This document shows, in pieces, positions 15,701 through 23,863 of a stretch of 64,000 nt of DNA; within the stretch, counting starts at the first letter, position 1, and the number at the start of each line of letters is the position of its first letter. The notes under the pieces are model-generated. The model did not search any database and had not been told where the DNA came from. It saw only the letters and a program-made list of their open reading frames with translations. Origin of the DNA: Candidatus Bilamarchaeum dharawalense (GTDB taxonomy: Archaea > Micrarchaeota > Micrarchaeia > Anstonellales > Bilamarchaeaceae); contig CABMJJ010000003.1 in assembly GCA_902386555.1 (NCBI GenBank), positions 32,939 to 96,938 of the forward strand, given 5' to 3'. A program made the position numbers and the translations under genes.

Positions 15701-17737
15701 ACCGATGCAGCAGGAGATTATAACGTACATGGTTTCTCTGCAGATATTACAGTTATAGAAGAACCACCAGTGGTAAAAGCAGGAGAACCGCCAGGAACAG
15801 GATTGGACAGTAGAGTTGCTGCCGTAGGTACCTTGTGGTCAGGTGCAGCACCTGCTGGTGCAGACACATTAATCTACTTCAAACGATTACAGGCACGAGA
15901 CACCGTTGGACCAGATGGAAATGTTGTACCGGGTGATGTTTCCCTTGTTGCGCACATATTCCAAAGATTACCAAATGGAAGTTTTGGTGAGGTGGATACA
16001 GTAACCATACCTAAGGAACAAGCTGAAGCATTGTACTGGAAGACAATGCAAAAACCAATGCAAAGATTATATGGGGCTGCAAGAGTGCAGACCGGAGATG
16101 TGCTGGTTCAGATGGATGGTGCATTCCTATTCTCAGGACCATTTAGCGGACAACCAGAATCAGAATGGGATCAGTTCCAAGGTGCGGGTGTGGCAGCCCA
16201 GAAAGGAGAATGGGGCGGCTATGTGGACTATGAAGAAACCAGAGGAAGAAGAGGAGCTGCTGCATTTGGAAGATTTAGACCAGAGGAACGATCATTGTGG
16301 ATTGGAAGATTTTCAATGGATATGTTCAAATACGGAGATGAGGGTGCAGGCAACAAATATTACGCAGAAGGACAGTACATAAAAGTAGATAAAATGGAGG
16401 TTAAGGCATTTGTTGGCTTTAGCGATAGAAAAGAAGATATGCCTAAAAAAGACCTTCAGGGAGTTGTAATTCTAAATTATGTTTTCGGTGAAAGTGTTCT
16501 TGGTTATAGATATGGTGGTCTTGGAGGAGGAAGGCTTATTAGAAGAAGCGGAGCTCCAGGAAGCCAATTTACCGACGATATGAGTGGTGGTAGAGCATAC
16601 GGAATCCAGGATGACCTGATGGGCGGTATTGTTGTATCTGGATTATATAGAAGGTTCACAATGCAACAGGGAGCTCCAGCACAAACACCACTCGGAGATC
16701 TTGGTATCCCATCAACAAATCCTGCACTGGATGAGGCAATTGCATCGCAACATCCTGAACTGGGTGAAGCAGCACCAACTGATGTTCCGGTTGCAGAGCA
16801 AAAACTTGTTGCCGCAGGATTTAGAAGATTATTATCAGCACAACACGGCCTTGAGCTTGGTGCACTTTGGGACTTTACACCAAATGAAGGTGCTGCCTTT
16901 GTACAATATGACTGGACCCCAATGGGGAGAACATTTACAAGTATGAGATTAACTGCAGCCATTGTTTACAAGAAAATAGGTGGCGATCCGCTTGAATCTG
17001 GAGGAGAGCACATTGCAATACCTTTAGTTGGTGGCGCAACTGATTGGATTGCAAATGACAAAGTTAGATTGAAACTCGAGGCCTTCTATCCAGGAATAGG
17101 AGAGATGAAGATATTTGCACCACCAGTGGATACGGTATTTGGTGGAGGTTACCTGGACAGAATAGCAACTGGTGGTCATATCGGTTTTAGAATACCACTT
17201 ACCTTGGACAGACGATTGATTCTTGGAATACTTGGCAGTGGAAGCAGAGACTATGACACTGGTGCAACCATCCAGGCAACTCCAACAGGTGAACTAGCCG
17301 AGACCGAGGGTGGAACCACTCAGGGTGAAGGTGCAGTTGGATTGTTCTACACATTCCCAACATCAGGTACTGGATTGCAATTGGGTAATGTTTACGGATG
17401 GGTAACTGGAATGTACCAAGACGATTTGTTAACCCGAGGTCGTTCCTATCAACTTGATGCTGTGGGAGGCGCGATGTTTACTGATGCCACCACTCAAGTT
17501 AGAGGACAACTAGGATTCCAGCACTGGCAATCCTGGATGCCAGAAGTTGATACAACCCAGATGAGAGATGCCCTTACCACAAGTCTGGTTATTTCAAAGA
17601 GAGGATTCCTTGGTAAATATATAGATCCGTTCTTGAAATTTGACTTTAGCTTTGGAAGAAGGGTTAGAGATGTTGGTCCAACTAGAACTGAAGAAATGGA
17701 CATCCAAGGAACATTTGACCTGGGAGCAACATTCTAA
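12767..17737 (+). CDS. Large (1656 aa) predicted secreted or anchored hypothetical protein with a beta-rich C-terminal third
   Basis: GGGAGAGG lies upstream of ATG 12767. The N-terminal hydrophobic segment VAAAALVGVLTLTSG...NIAMA-Q looks like a signal peptide or anchor. The C-terminal about 450 aa is Gly/aromatic-rich with alternating hydrophobic patterns and ends ...IQGTFDLGATF. Confidence 0.85.
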   Translation: MAGTRIYRSGQNDLGELPSQQRKRSIFGRCHTVAAAALVGVLTLTSGTNIKNLGGNIAMAQTHPVAERTLTRKAEDAVKSYKEYMLTGNPAAKARVVEYLQDRSPQAVQAFTTEFLKQLRPDPTGPIIRSYVAIVGSLKVEDFLTLLEKVHEAVKAGRPAVLALKGTGTKDQELFEEVITPLVNLIGRADLLDVSAETRSSARTCATMFVSLIQTREKETRDQIAIDLWKRMKKDLDANGGVFPAGYMEEFYAVVKSTNPEMAAILMGYARDKKLSGLDKLTPADVKELFEDHLLQVMAQLWVGQADRGVLARVHGNGLTTAVNSYIVSVSTIKKAITVQELLTRIDEVEAFLKERGITLPTITGSVVGRVPTPEENLAGLLKSWRDKLTASPPPDQKALEILSYQIPNRAEVEEVEKVTTIRAGRIENMIEGNGSFYEVLGAKIFVPRLESYLAQVDYYVMDPRIGNFAGVFMRTHHVDRDAMKQLLDTVKSVNTAIPAAIETLDTDLLVFAAQDAAGTTGGEALRLERIAQFRQLLNSQIDLITDKMAAFKGIISHTPEWDELRKKVATRVMRQYVAVGSFVPGQIDPATDRVITQPKDPVELLVRQYEMIARDQGYLNFRATFTDALGVYMTDLTASPAATEGEKFMAASRISTAQQAIQMFSGLPLQSSYALYQALQATYGSLSSHYRNTEEMARVCSLIVGYSQLPPAYAALAYRETTAPLLKTYDEASILAITKAISGYSQMYIAGDHYRLMEEYYGTLAEKIAKLFPDITAMQADRRELTKDVRVRMPPEAEYGEVMIPGAQLTIHIPKRIYTTWAQKYGLTVSAAPRIIENPAAAADLFQAMGRYFGEPMVSARTNIPFPWMRLPILLNNLGVLAPETFPPVGEFIALHMGGDVTYKLNKVDTSAPEGDTTTRSDQGNIGVFAEATREGQVTTAKARYAITANTTTGPDGVTTGDRTHVGTLELQQLRLHTDAAGDYNVHGFSADITVIEEPPVVKAGEPPGTGLDSRVAAVGTLWSGAAPAGADTLIYFKRLQARDTVGPDGNVVPGDVSLVAHIFQRLPNGSFGEVDTVTIPKEQAEALYWKTMQKPMQRLYGAARVQTGDVLVQMDGAFLFSGPFSGQPESEWDQFQGAGVAAQKGEWGGYVDYEETRGRRGAAAFGRFRPEERSLWIGRFSMDMFKYGDEGAGNKYYAEGQYIKVDKMEVKAFVGFSDRKEDMPKKDLQGVVILNYVFGESVLGYRYGGLGGGRLIRRSGAPGSQFTDDMSGGRAYGIQDDLMGGIVVSGLYRRFTMQQGAPAQTPLGDLGIPSTNPALDEAIASQHPELGEAAPTDVPVAEQKLVAAGFRRLLSAQHGLELGALWDFTPNEGAAFVQYDWTPMGRTFTSMRLTAAIVYKKIGGDPLESGGEHIAIPLVGGATDWIANDKVRLKLEAFYPGIGEMKIFAPPVDTVFGGGYLDRIATGGHIGFRIPLTLDRRLILGILGSGSRDYDTGATIQATPTGELAETEGGTTQGEGAVGLFYTFPTSGTGLQLGNVYGWVTGMYQDDLLTRGRSYQLDAVGGAMFTDATTQVRGQLGFQHWQSWMPEVDTTQMRDALTTSLVISKRGFLGKYIDPFLKFDFSFGRRVRDVGPTRTEEMDIQGTFDLGATF

Positions 17738-17817
17738 TGGGCCATCATCCCTTTAGAACCCCATCTCAATTCTAACAATAGTAGAGAAGACAGAAAAGGG
17801 AAGTGTGAAACCGTGTT

Positions 17818-17864
17818 GTGAACGTCATAACGTTCACGACAGTCAAGAAAGCACGGCTTTCTTG
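17818..17864. repeat. Two-hairpin intergenic element, copy 1 (GTGAACG..CGTTCAC - GACAGTC - CAAGAAAGC-ACG-GCTTTCTTG)
   Basis: Two perfect stems of 7 bp and 9 bp joined by GACAGTC. It shares the string TTCACGACAGTC and the same architecture with 46535-46575. It lies between convergent genes. Confidence 0.5.
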
Positions 17865-17883
17865 CCATAGGTTTAACAACTAA

Positions 17884-18285
17884 TTATTTTTTCTTTGGTG
17901 TTTCCAATTTAATTTGGATTTTTGGAGAAAGCAACGGCGGAGTCATGGACAATGCTTTTGCCACTAGAACACCGTTGCACTGTGCCTGGAATGTTACGGC
18001 GTTGATGAGCTGTTCGCCCAGTTCTCTTGGAATCAGTTTGTCTTTTTTCCAAACAGTTGCGAGTTGATTAATTTCTGTGCTGGTACCTTCTATGAGCACA
18101 TAGCCATTGAATTTTATGTGTGCAACATAGGGATCATACATCACAGAGAAAATGAAATCAGTGCGAAAATCAGAACCAGCAACTTTAGCATCCTGGATGT
18201 TTAGGTTGACTGCGACATTGGTAAATGCATCCTCTTTGACATGCTCAGCTTCTACCTTATAAAATTTAATTGCCTTCAGTTTCAT
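17884..18285 (-). CDS. Hypothetical protein, 133 aa
   Basis: Clean ORF with no confidently recognised motif. Confidence 0.6.
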   Translation of the reverse strand: MKLKAIKFYKVEAEHVKEDAFTNVAVNLNIQDAKVAGSDFRTDFIFSVMYDPYVAHIKFNGYVLIEGTSTEINQLATVWKKDKLIPRELGEQLINAVTFQAQCNGVLVAKALSMTPPLLSPKIQIKLETPKKK

Positions 18286-18315
18286 GAAACGATAACATAT
18301 TTAAGGTTAAAAAAG

Positions 18316-18870
18316 CTAGCTTTTTCTAAATTTCTTACCTTTTGCACATGGTTCGATTTTGATCCTACTTCCGAAACTCCAGCTGTGCTCCTTGGTTAAT
18401 TCCCTGCCATTAACAATTCTATCCAGGGTAATTGCAAGTGCAGCCACTTCACTATGGGGCTGGTTGGTAACGGAAATATTGAAATCTGCAAGTTCATAGA
18501 CTTCACCCGGCACCTGCTCAGATCCAACAACAATGAGAAGTTTTTTGGAATTTTTTATCTCATTTAATTTTTCTGGTAGAGGAAGACCGTACATGGTAAG
18601 ATGAATTATGGAATAGCCAGAGGCTTTGCATTCTCGCATAAATTTCAAAGCATTCTTCTCATAGCTAATGTCAAAGGGCATGGCACTGCCTTCAACCTGT
18701 CCCCCCCAACTTGCACAAATTTTCTTTACACTTTCTTCCAAGCCTGAATCGTGCTGACCAGAATAGACAACGGAGTTGGCACCGAATGCTCGTGCCACAA
18801 GGCAAACGTGAGTGGAGATGCGTTCATCCCTCGGAAGGCGATGACTGAGACGCAAAACAAAAATTTCCAT
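18316..18870 (-). CDS. trm56: tRNA (cytidine56-2'-O)-methyltransferase aTrm56 (archaeal SPOUT family)
   Basis: VLRLSHRLPRDERISTHVCLVARAFGA, HLTMYGLP, VPGEVYELADFNISVTNQPHSEVAALAI and a C-terminal KGKKF closely follow the archaeal aTrm56 pattern. Confidence 0.9.
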   Translation of the reverse strand: MEIFVLRLSHRLPRDERISTHVCLVARAFGANSVVYSGQHDSGLEESVKKICASWGGQVEGSAMPFDISYEKNALKFMRECKASGYSIIHLTMYGLPLPEKLNEIKNSKKLLIVVGSEQVPGEVYELADFNISVTNQPHSEVAALAITLDRIVNGRELTKEHSWSFGSRIKIEPCAKGKKFRKS

Positions 18871-18928
18871 GGTAATAGATCGTCAGGATTATTTTAAAAA
18901 TCAGGGCCACCTATAATAGCTGGAGATA

Positions 18929-20287
18929 ATGAGCAAATATTTTGGAACTAACGGAGTACGTGGCAGATTCAATGAATTAACGCCAGAACTTACGCTAAAA
19001 CTCTCCCAGGCCATTGGAATCTATTTCAAACGTGGAAAAATAATAGTGGCAAGAGATTGTAGAATCACTGGCGAGGTGTTAAGCTCCTGTGTAATGGCTG
19101 GTCTTGTAAGTGTTGGATGCGAGGTAATTGACATTGGAATTGCAAGTTCTCCAACAGCAGAATTCATGATAAAAAAACTCAAAACCAACGGATGTATAAT
19201 TGTGAGTGCATCCCATAACCCTCCGGAGTGGAACGCACTCAAAATAGTTGATGGAAAGGGAATAGCCATTTCCAAAGAACGCGGAGAGGAGATAGAAAAA
19301 TTATTGGATAGAATAGAATTATCCAGCTGGGATAGGATTGGAAAGGTAAAACGATACGGCAATGCCAGTGAGGACCATGTTAAAGCCATTCTGGAAGCCA
19401 TTGGAATGCTGAAAACTAAAACCAAAAAAACAAAAATCGTTATTGATTGTGGAAATGGAACCGCAGCGCTGATTGCACCAAAGCTTTTCCGTGAAATGGG
19501 AGTGGAATTTTTAAGTTTGAATTCTCATCCAGATGGAAGATTTCCTGGCAGACCGTCAGAACCTACCGAGGTAAATGTAAAGGAACTTCTAGCCATGGTA
19601 AAAAGCAGCAATGCAGATGCCGGCATAGCCTGGGATGGGGATGGGGATAGGGTAATTTTTGTTGATGAAAAGGGAAGATATGTTATCGGGGATAGGGTTT
19701 ATGCCCTTTCCATAATCTGGAAGTTAAATGAACAAAAAAATGGCGATGTGGTTACCACAGTCGCAACCAGTAAAGCTGTTGAAGATGTCGCCAGAAAATA
19801 TGGTGCTAAGGTTCGCTACACTGCCATTGGTGCCCCCTATTTATGCGAAGAGATGGTCAAGGTCAAATCAGTTGATGGAACTGCCAAACCAAATGCAATA
19901 ATAGGCGGGGAGGAAGTTGGCGGGGTGATTTGGCCGGAATTTAGTCTGGCAAAGGATGGTTTTCTTACTGCAGCGGTGATGGTTCAAAAGATTTGTGAAA
20001 AACCATTGAGCGAATGGCTGGAACAGGTACCGGATTATTTTAATGTAAAAATAAAGATGGATGCTGATGCAGAGAGAAAAATAAAAATAGTTGAAAAAGT
20101 GCTTACCCATGCAAAAAACAATAAACTAGATTTTATCGATATTGATGGAGTTCGTATAAACCTACCAGAGGGGTGGGTTATTGTACGAGCGTCTGGAACT
20201 GAAAATTATGTTAGACTTTTTGCTGAAGCCAAAACAAAAGAAGGTGCTGAAAAGTTAGCAGCAGAATATGAAAAAATAGTAAAATAA
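18929..20287 (+). CDS. Phosphoglucosamine/phosphomannomutase-family phosphohexomutase
   Basis: Starts FGTNGVRG. Has the active-site loop SASHNPPEWNALK and the metal loop DGDGDR. Length of 452 aa is typical. Confidence 0.85.
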   Translation: MSKYFGTNGVRGRFNELTPELTLKLSQAIGIYFKRGKIIVARDCRITGEVLSSCVMAGLVSVGCEVIDIGIASSPTAEFMIKKLKTNGCIIVSASHNPPEWNALKIVDGKGIAISKERGEEIEKLLDRIELSSWDRIGKVKRYGNASEDHVKAILEAIGMLKTKTKKTKIVIDCGNGTAALIAPKLFREMGVEFLSLNSHPDGRFPGRPSEPTEVNVKELLAMVKSSNADAGIAWDGDGDRVIFVDEKGRYVIGDRVYALSIIWKLNEQKNGDVVTTVATSKAVEDVARKYGAKVRYTAIGAPYLCEEMVKVKSVDGTAKPNAIIGGEEVGGVIWPEFSLAKDGFLTAAVMVQKICEKPLSEWLEQVPDYFNVKIKMDADAERKIKIVEKVLTHAKNNKLDFIDIDGVRINLPEGWVIVRASGTENYVRLFAEAKTKEGAEKLAAEYEKIVK

Positions 20288-21139
20288 TCAAAACGGACCT
20301 TTTAACAGGGGTAATAGATCTACTTCTGCAACTGGATTTGGAATGGAATTTGTAGTAAAAACCCCATCTGAAATTTTCCTTAATTTGTCCAATGAATCAT
20401 TCAAAAAGAACCCGTGGGTTGCTGCACAAAAAACCTTTTTTGCTCCGCCTTTCTTCACATTTTCCACGGCCTTAATCATGGTACCGCCAGTGGAGATCAT
20501 GTCATCCAGGATAAGAATTGTCTTTCCTTCAACATCGAATTCGCGCTCTACTTTTTGAACAGAACGATAGGCTTCTTCTCCAGATGTGCTGTCATATTGC
20601 CCCCTAACTTTGCTCATGCTTTTTCCACCGAATTCAGAGATAAGATAGTTGGCACCCTGATCCGGAGAGATTATTTCCAGTGGTTCCAATCCGACTTTTT
20701 TTCTAGCATGTTCAACCAACATTTTATTAGCGCTGATATTTTGGATCTTTAGATTGGAGTATTCAGATTCGCCCTCTTTTTTCAAAAAGTGGCAGTCAAC
20801 TGTAACCAACTTAACAGTTCCAAAATCATTCAGGAGCTTACACAGAACCTGGGCAGAGAGAGACTCGCCCATTAGAAATGTTTTGTCCTGCCTTGAGTAG
20901 GGAAGATAGGGAGAAACCAAAGTCACTCTCGCACCAACACGTTTAAGTGTGTGGAGAATCTGGGTGGCATTGAAAATTGCAGTATTCTGCTTTGGATAGA
21001 GGCGATGGAAAAGAGTAACGTCTTCACCCTGGCACTTGTCAATGACATTTATGCGAACATAGCTGTCACCATCAGGAAAAGTTTTGAATTCAATATTTGG
21101 TTCCATTAGGTCTGAGAAATTTGGAGCAATTAGGTACAT
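20288..21139 (-). CDS. prs: Ribose-phosphate pyrophosphokinase (PRPP synthase)
   Basis: FPDGDSYVRI, YLPYSRQDK and the PRPP-binding loop ILILDDMISTGGT. Start trimmed to ATG 21139 (MYLIAPNF...), which removes the overlap with the divergent neighbour. Confidence 0.85.
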   Translation of the reverse strand: MYLIAPNFSDLMEPNIEFKTFPDGDSYVRINVIDKCQGEDVTLFHRLYPKQNTAIFNATQILHTLKRVGARVTLVSPYLPYSRQDKTFLMGESLSAQVLCKLLNDFGTVKLVTVDCHFLKKEGESEYSNLKIQNISANKMLVEHARKKVGLEPLEIISPDQGANYLISEFGGKSMSKVRGQYDSTSGEEAYRSVQKVEREFDVEGKTILILDDMISTGGTMIKAVENVKKGGAKKVFCAATHGFFLNDSLDKLRKISDGVFTTNSIPNPVAEVDLLPLLKGPF

Positions 21140-21189
21140 GGTTAGGATAAGGAAAAAACAATTTAAATATTCAATGTGAATTGAAAAAA

Positions 21190-21705
21190 ATGGCAAAAAT
21201 ACTCATGGTTATTGCTCAGACTGGATTTAGGGATGAAGAACTCCTGGTACCAAAGGAAATGCTTGAGAAAGCCGGGTATACGGTGATGGTGGCCAGTATT
21301 ACACGGTCAAAGGCAACTGGTGCAAGAGGATTGGTCCTCCAACCAGATATGGCAATATTTGAAGCCAACCCAGATTTCTTTGAAGCAGTCATTGTTGTTG
21401 GTGGACCTGGTTCGCCCAGTTTGGCAGGTAGAAAAGATGTAAATGATATCGTTTCCGGAGCAAATGCCAAGGGAAAGGTTATCGGTGGGATTTGTCTTGG
21501 AGTGATGGCAGTGGCAACCTCCGGCATTCTTGCAAATAAATCAGCAACGGTTTTTCCAGATAGACAGGCAGTATTGCTCTTACGAGATAACGGTGCCAGA
21601 TATGTCAACCAACCGGTAGTTGTGGATGGAAAAATCGTGACTGCAGATGGACCTGCCAATGCGGGAAAATTCGGCACTGCGATTCTTGAATTGTTGAAGA
21701 AATAA
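21190..21705 (+). CDS. DJ-1/PfpI family protein
   Basis: VVGGPG and the nucleophile-elbow-like GGICLGVMAV. Size of about 170 aa fits. ATG 21190 preferred over TTG 21181. Confidence 0.8.
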   Translation: MAKILMVIAQTGFRDEELLVPKEMLEKAGYTVMVASITRSKATGARGLVLQPDMAIFEANPDFFEAVIVVGGPGSPSLAGRKDVNDIVSGANAKGKVIGGICLGVMAVATSGILANKSATVFPDRQAVLLLRDNGARYVNQPVVVDGKIVTADGPANAGKFGTAILELLKK

Positions 21706-21760
21706 ACCGAACTAATAAAAATTGATTATTAGAATTTATTCTGTTTAATCAGGTGGCATT

Positions 21761-21976
21761 ATGATAACCATAAAACATGACGGATGTATCCTTTGTGTTG
21801 GCTGTTCTTCCGTATGTCCGGCCAGTGCAATTGAAGTTGTTGGAACAAGGATGAAACACTTTCCGGAAAAATGTATTGACTGCGGACTTTGTGTGAAAAT
21901 TTGCCCTGCAAATGTGATTTGCATGTATAAAGGGGTAAAAAATCCAAAGGACCTTCCTCCAGAAGCAAGAGGGTGA
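21761..21976 (+). CDS. 2x[4Fe-4S] ferredoxin
   Basis: Two cluster motifs, CILCVGCSSVCP and CIDCGLCVKICP, in 71 aa. The stop overlaps the start region of the reductase gene. Confidence 0.8.
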   Translation: MITIKHDGCILCVGCSSVCPASAIEVVGTRMKHFPEKCIDCGLCVKICPANVICMYKGVKNPKDLPPEARG

Positions 21977-21981
21977 GTTTT

Positions 21982-23211
21982 ATGACCAAAAACGATCATG
22001 ATGTTATTGTAATAGGCGGGGGACCAGCAGGTGCAACATTTGCACGTTTGGCAGCTCAGGGCGGGATGGATGTCCTAGTTATTGATAAGAGAAAGGAAAT
22101 CGGTGTTCCGGTCAGATGTGGTGAGGGGCTCGGTGTTGGCGAACTGGTAAAACAGGGACTGGATATTCCAAAAAGATGCTATTCCACTCAGGTGGAAGGA
22201 TCCAAAGTAGTTGGACCAAATGGTAGGGAGATAATCTGGAAAACAGATGACACCAAAGGATGGATACTGGAAAGAAAAATATTTGATAAATGGCTTTGCG
22301 AACTGGCAGTTGAAAAAGGGGCAAAGGTAAAAACCTACACACGAGCAGTTGAGGTTCTCAAAGACGGAAAGGGGAAACCAACTGGGGTGAAAATTAGCCA
22401 TGGTGGAAGAGAATCATATGATGTTCATGCACCGCTTATTGTCTCTGCTGAAGGAATGGAATCCATGATGGCAAGGCAGATGGGTTTCAAAACAGTTCAT
22501 TCACTTTATGACGTAGATACCTGCTATGAATATGAGATGAAACCCTACGATCATGAAAATTTGATTGAATTATATTTTGGCAACAAAATTGCACCACGAG
22601 GCTATGTTTGGATTTTCCCTAAGGCTGATAAAAAAGCAAATGTGGGAATCGGCATTGGTGGGAATGTTGTCAATGGAAAAAAACTTGGAGGTGTGGATGG
22701 AGCTGCACCGAAGGTTTTGCTTGATGAATTCATAAAGAATAATGATCAGCTCAAGGATGCAAGTACGCTTCTGGATTTTGGTGGAGTCATTTCAGTTGGC
22801 GCACCGATCAATGAATTTGTACAGGATAATTGCATGGTAATTGGAACTGCAGCAAAGCAGGTCGATCCGATTCATGGCGGTGGAATTGGCCTTGCCATGG
22901 AATGCGGGGTTATGGCTGCCGCTGTTGCCATAAAAGCCCATGAGAAAAAAGATTATAGCAAGAAAATGCTCATGGAATATGACAAAGTCTGGAGAGCAGA
23001 ACCAGGTAAGGTTGTTGCTGAAAGATTATTGCTTAGGAAAGTCATTGAAAAAGTCAGCGATGATGATTTTAATCATATTTTCAACACACTTACCGACCAT
23101 GATTTGAAAGCCATAATGGATGGGAAGTTTGCTGGGCCTGTGACTAAGGTTCTTGCAGGAAGACCTCAGCTAATTGGTATTCTGAGTGCATTGATACCTG
23201 GAAAGAAATGA
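21982..23211 (+). CDS. Geranylgeranyl reductase (digeranylgeranylglycerophospholipid reductase family)
   Basis: FAD fold DVIVIGGGPAGA, then the RCGEGL motif and GYVWIFPK. About 410 aa, typical of the archaeal lipid-saturating flavoenzyme. Confidence 0.85.
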   Translation: MTKNDHDVIVIGGGPAGATFARLAAQGGMDVLVIDKRKEIGVPVRCGEGLGVGELVKQGLDIPKRCYSTQVEGSKVVGPNGREIIWKTDDTKGWILERKIFDKWLCELAVEKGAKVKTYTRAVEVLKDGKGKPTGVKISHGGRESYDVHAPLIVSAEGMESMMARQMGFKTVHSLYDVDTCYEYEMKPYDHENLIELYFGNKIAPRGYVWIFPKADKKANVGIGIGGNVVNGKKLGGVDGAAPKVLLDEFIKNNDQLKDASTLLDFGGVISVGAPINEFVQDNCMVIGTAAKQVDPIHGGGIGLAMECGVMAAAVAIKAHEKKDYSKKMLMEYDKVWRAEPGKVVAERLLLRKVIEKVSDDDFNHIFNTLTDHDLKAIMDGKFAGPVTKVLAGRPQLIGILSALIPGKK

Positions 23212-23841
23212 TTATCCTTCGCCTTCCTTAAACTCAAATGACTGAGGTGGAGGAGTTAACTTAGACAACATAATCAGATCGTTTTCTTTTAGTGTTATCT
23301 CTACAGGTAGTTGTGTTTTACCAGTTGAAAATACCTGAGTAAGTTTGGTTGAAAAATTAGCTAGAAGTTCTGCATCAATATCTTTTAGAGTGAGGGATTT
23401 GCCTCGGACTTCTGGATTGGAAAGAGCAACAAGATCCGAAACAACCGAATCACGAACTGGTTTGAAAAATTCTCTTAATGAGGCATGAAGTTCTTTAAGA
23501 TTAAACTCAATACGATTGCCCTTATGAAAACAGGCTGGATCACCAGTAGCGCGATAATATTTGGCTATGACAGTGTCCGGATTATCTCTTACATATTCAT
23601 CAAGAACGGCATTAAGATCAACATCCTGACCGGTTTTAGTTATTTCAGTTACCATTTTTCTAAGAGTGTCCATTTCTGATTTCGGTGGAGGTTGGCTGTA
23701 CTGCTCTTTAATTAATTTAGCCAATGCAAGATCGAAACCCACCTCAGCTCTTCTTTGAGTCTCCCTCTCACCTATTCTCGGGATAGTAACGTCTGCTTCT
23801 GCTTCCTTTCGCGGTTTTTTAAAGCCTGGTGGTTGTGCCAT
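23212..23841 (-). CDS. Hypothetical protein, 209 aa
   Basis: Clean ORF starting MAQPPGFKKPRKE. No motif recognised. Confidence 0.6.
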   Translation of the reverse strand: MAQPPGFKKPRKEAEADVTIPRIGERETQRRAEVGFDLALAKLIKEQYSQPPPKSEMDTLRKMVTEITKTGQDVDLNAVLDEYVRDNPDTVIAKYYRATGDPACFHKGNRIEFNLKELHASLREFFKPVRDSVVSDLVALSNPEVRGKSLTLKDIDAELLANFSTKLTQVFSTGKTQLPVEITLKENDLIMLSKLTPPPQSFEFKEGEG

Positions 23842-23863
23842 GGATTAGAATTAGTAAAATAGA

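Noticed and set aside
12767-17737. A diversity-generating retroelement target (variable repeat at the C-terminus of a large surface protein), as reported for some DPANN genomes.
   Set aside because: I found no second copy (template repeat) of any C-terminal segment in the window and no reverse transcriptase gene.
1-17737. Recent horizontal acquisition of the giant-gene array, judged from composition.
   Set aside because: By eye, base composition and preferred codons do not differ noticeably from the flanking housekeeping genes. I did not compute statistics, so this is only a weak rejection.
20288-21196. Extended N-termini in the ORF track for prs, the DUF62 gene (30799), the ACT protein (51004), argH (48770), the amidinotransferase (50972) and others.
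   Set aside because: The extensions start at TTG/GTG, overlap neighbouring genes or promoters, and precede an ATG where the conserved family N-terminus begins. Starts were trimmed accordingly.
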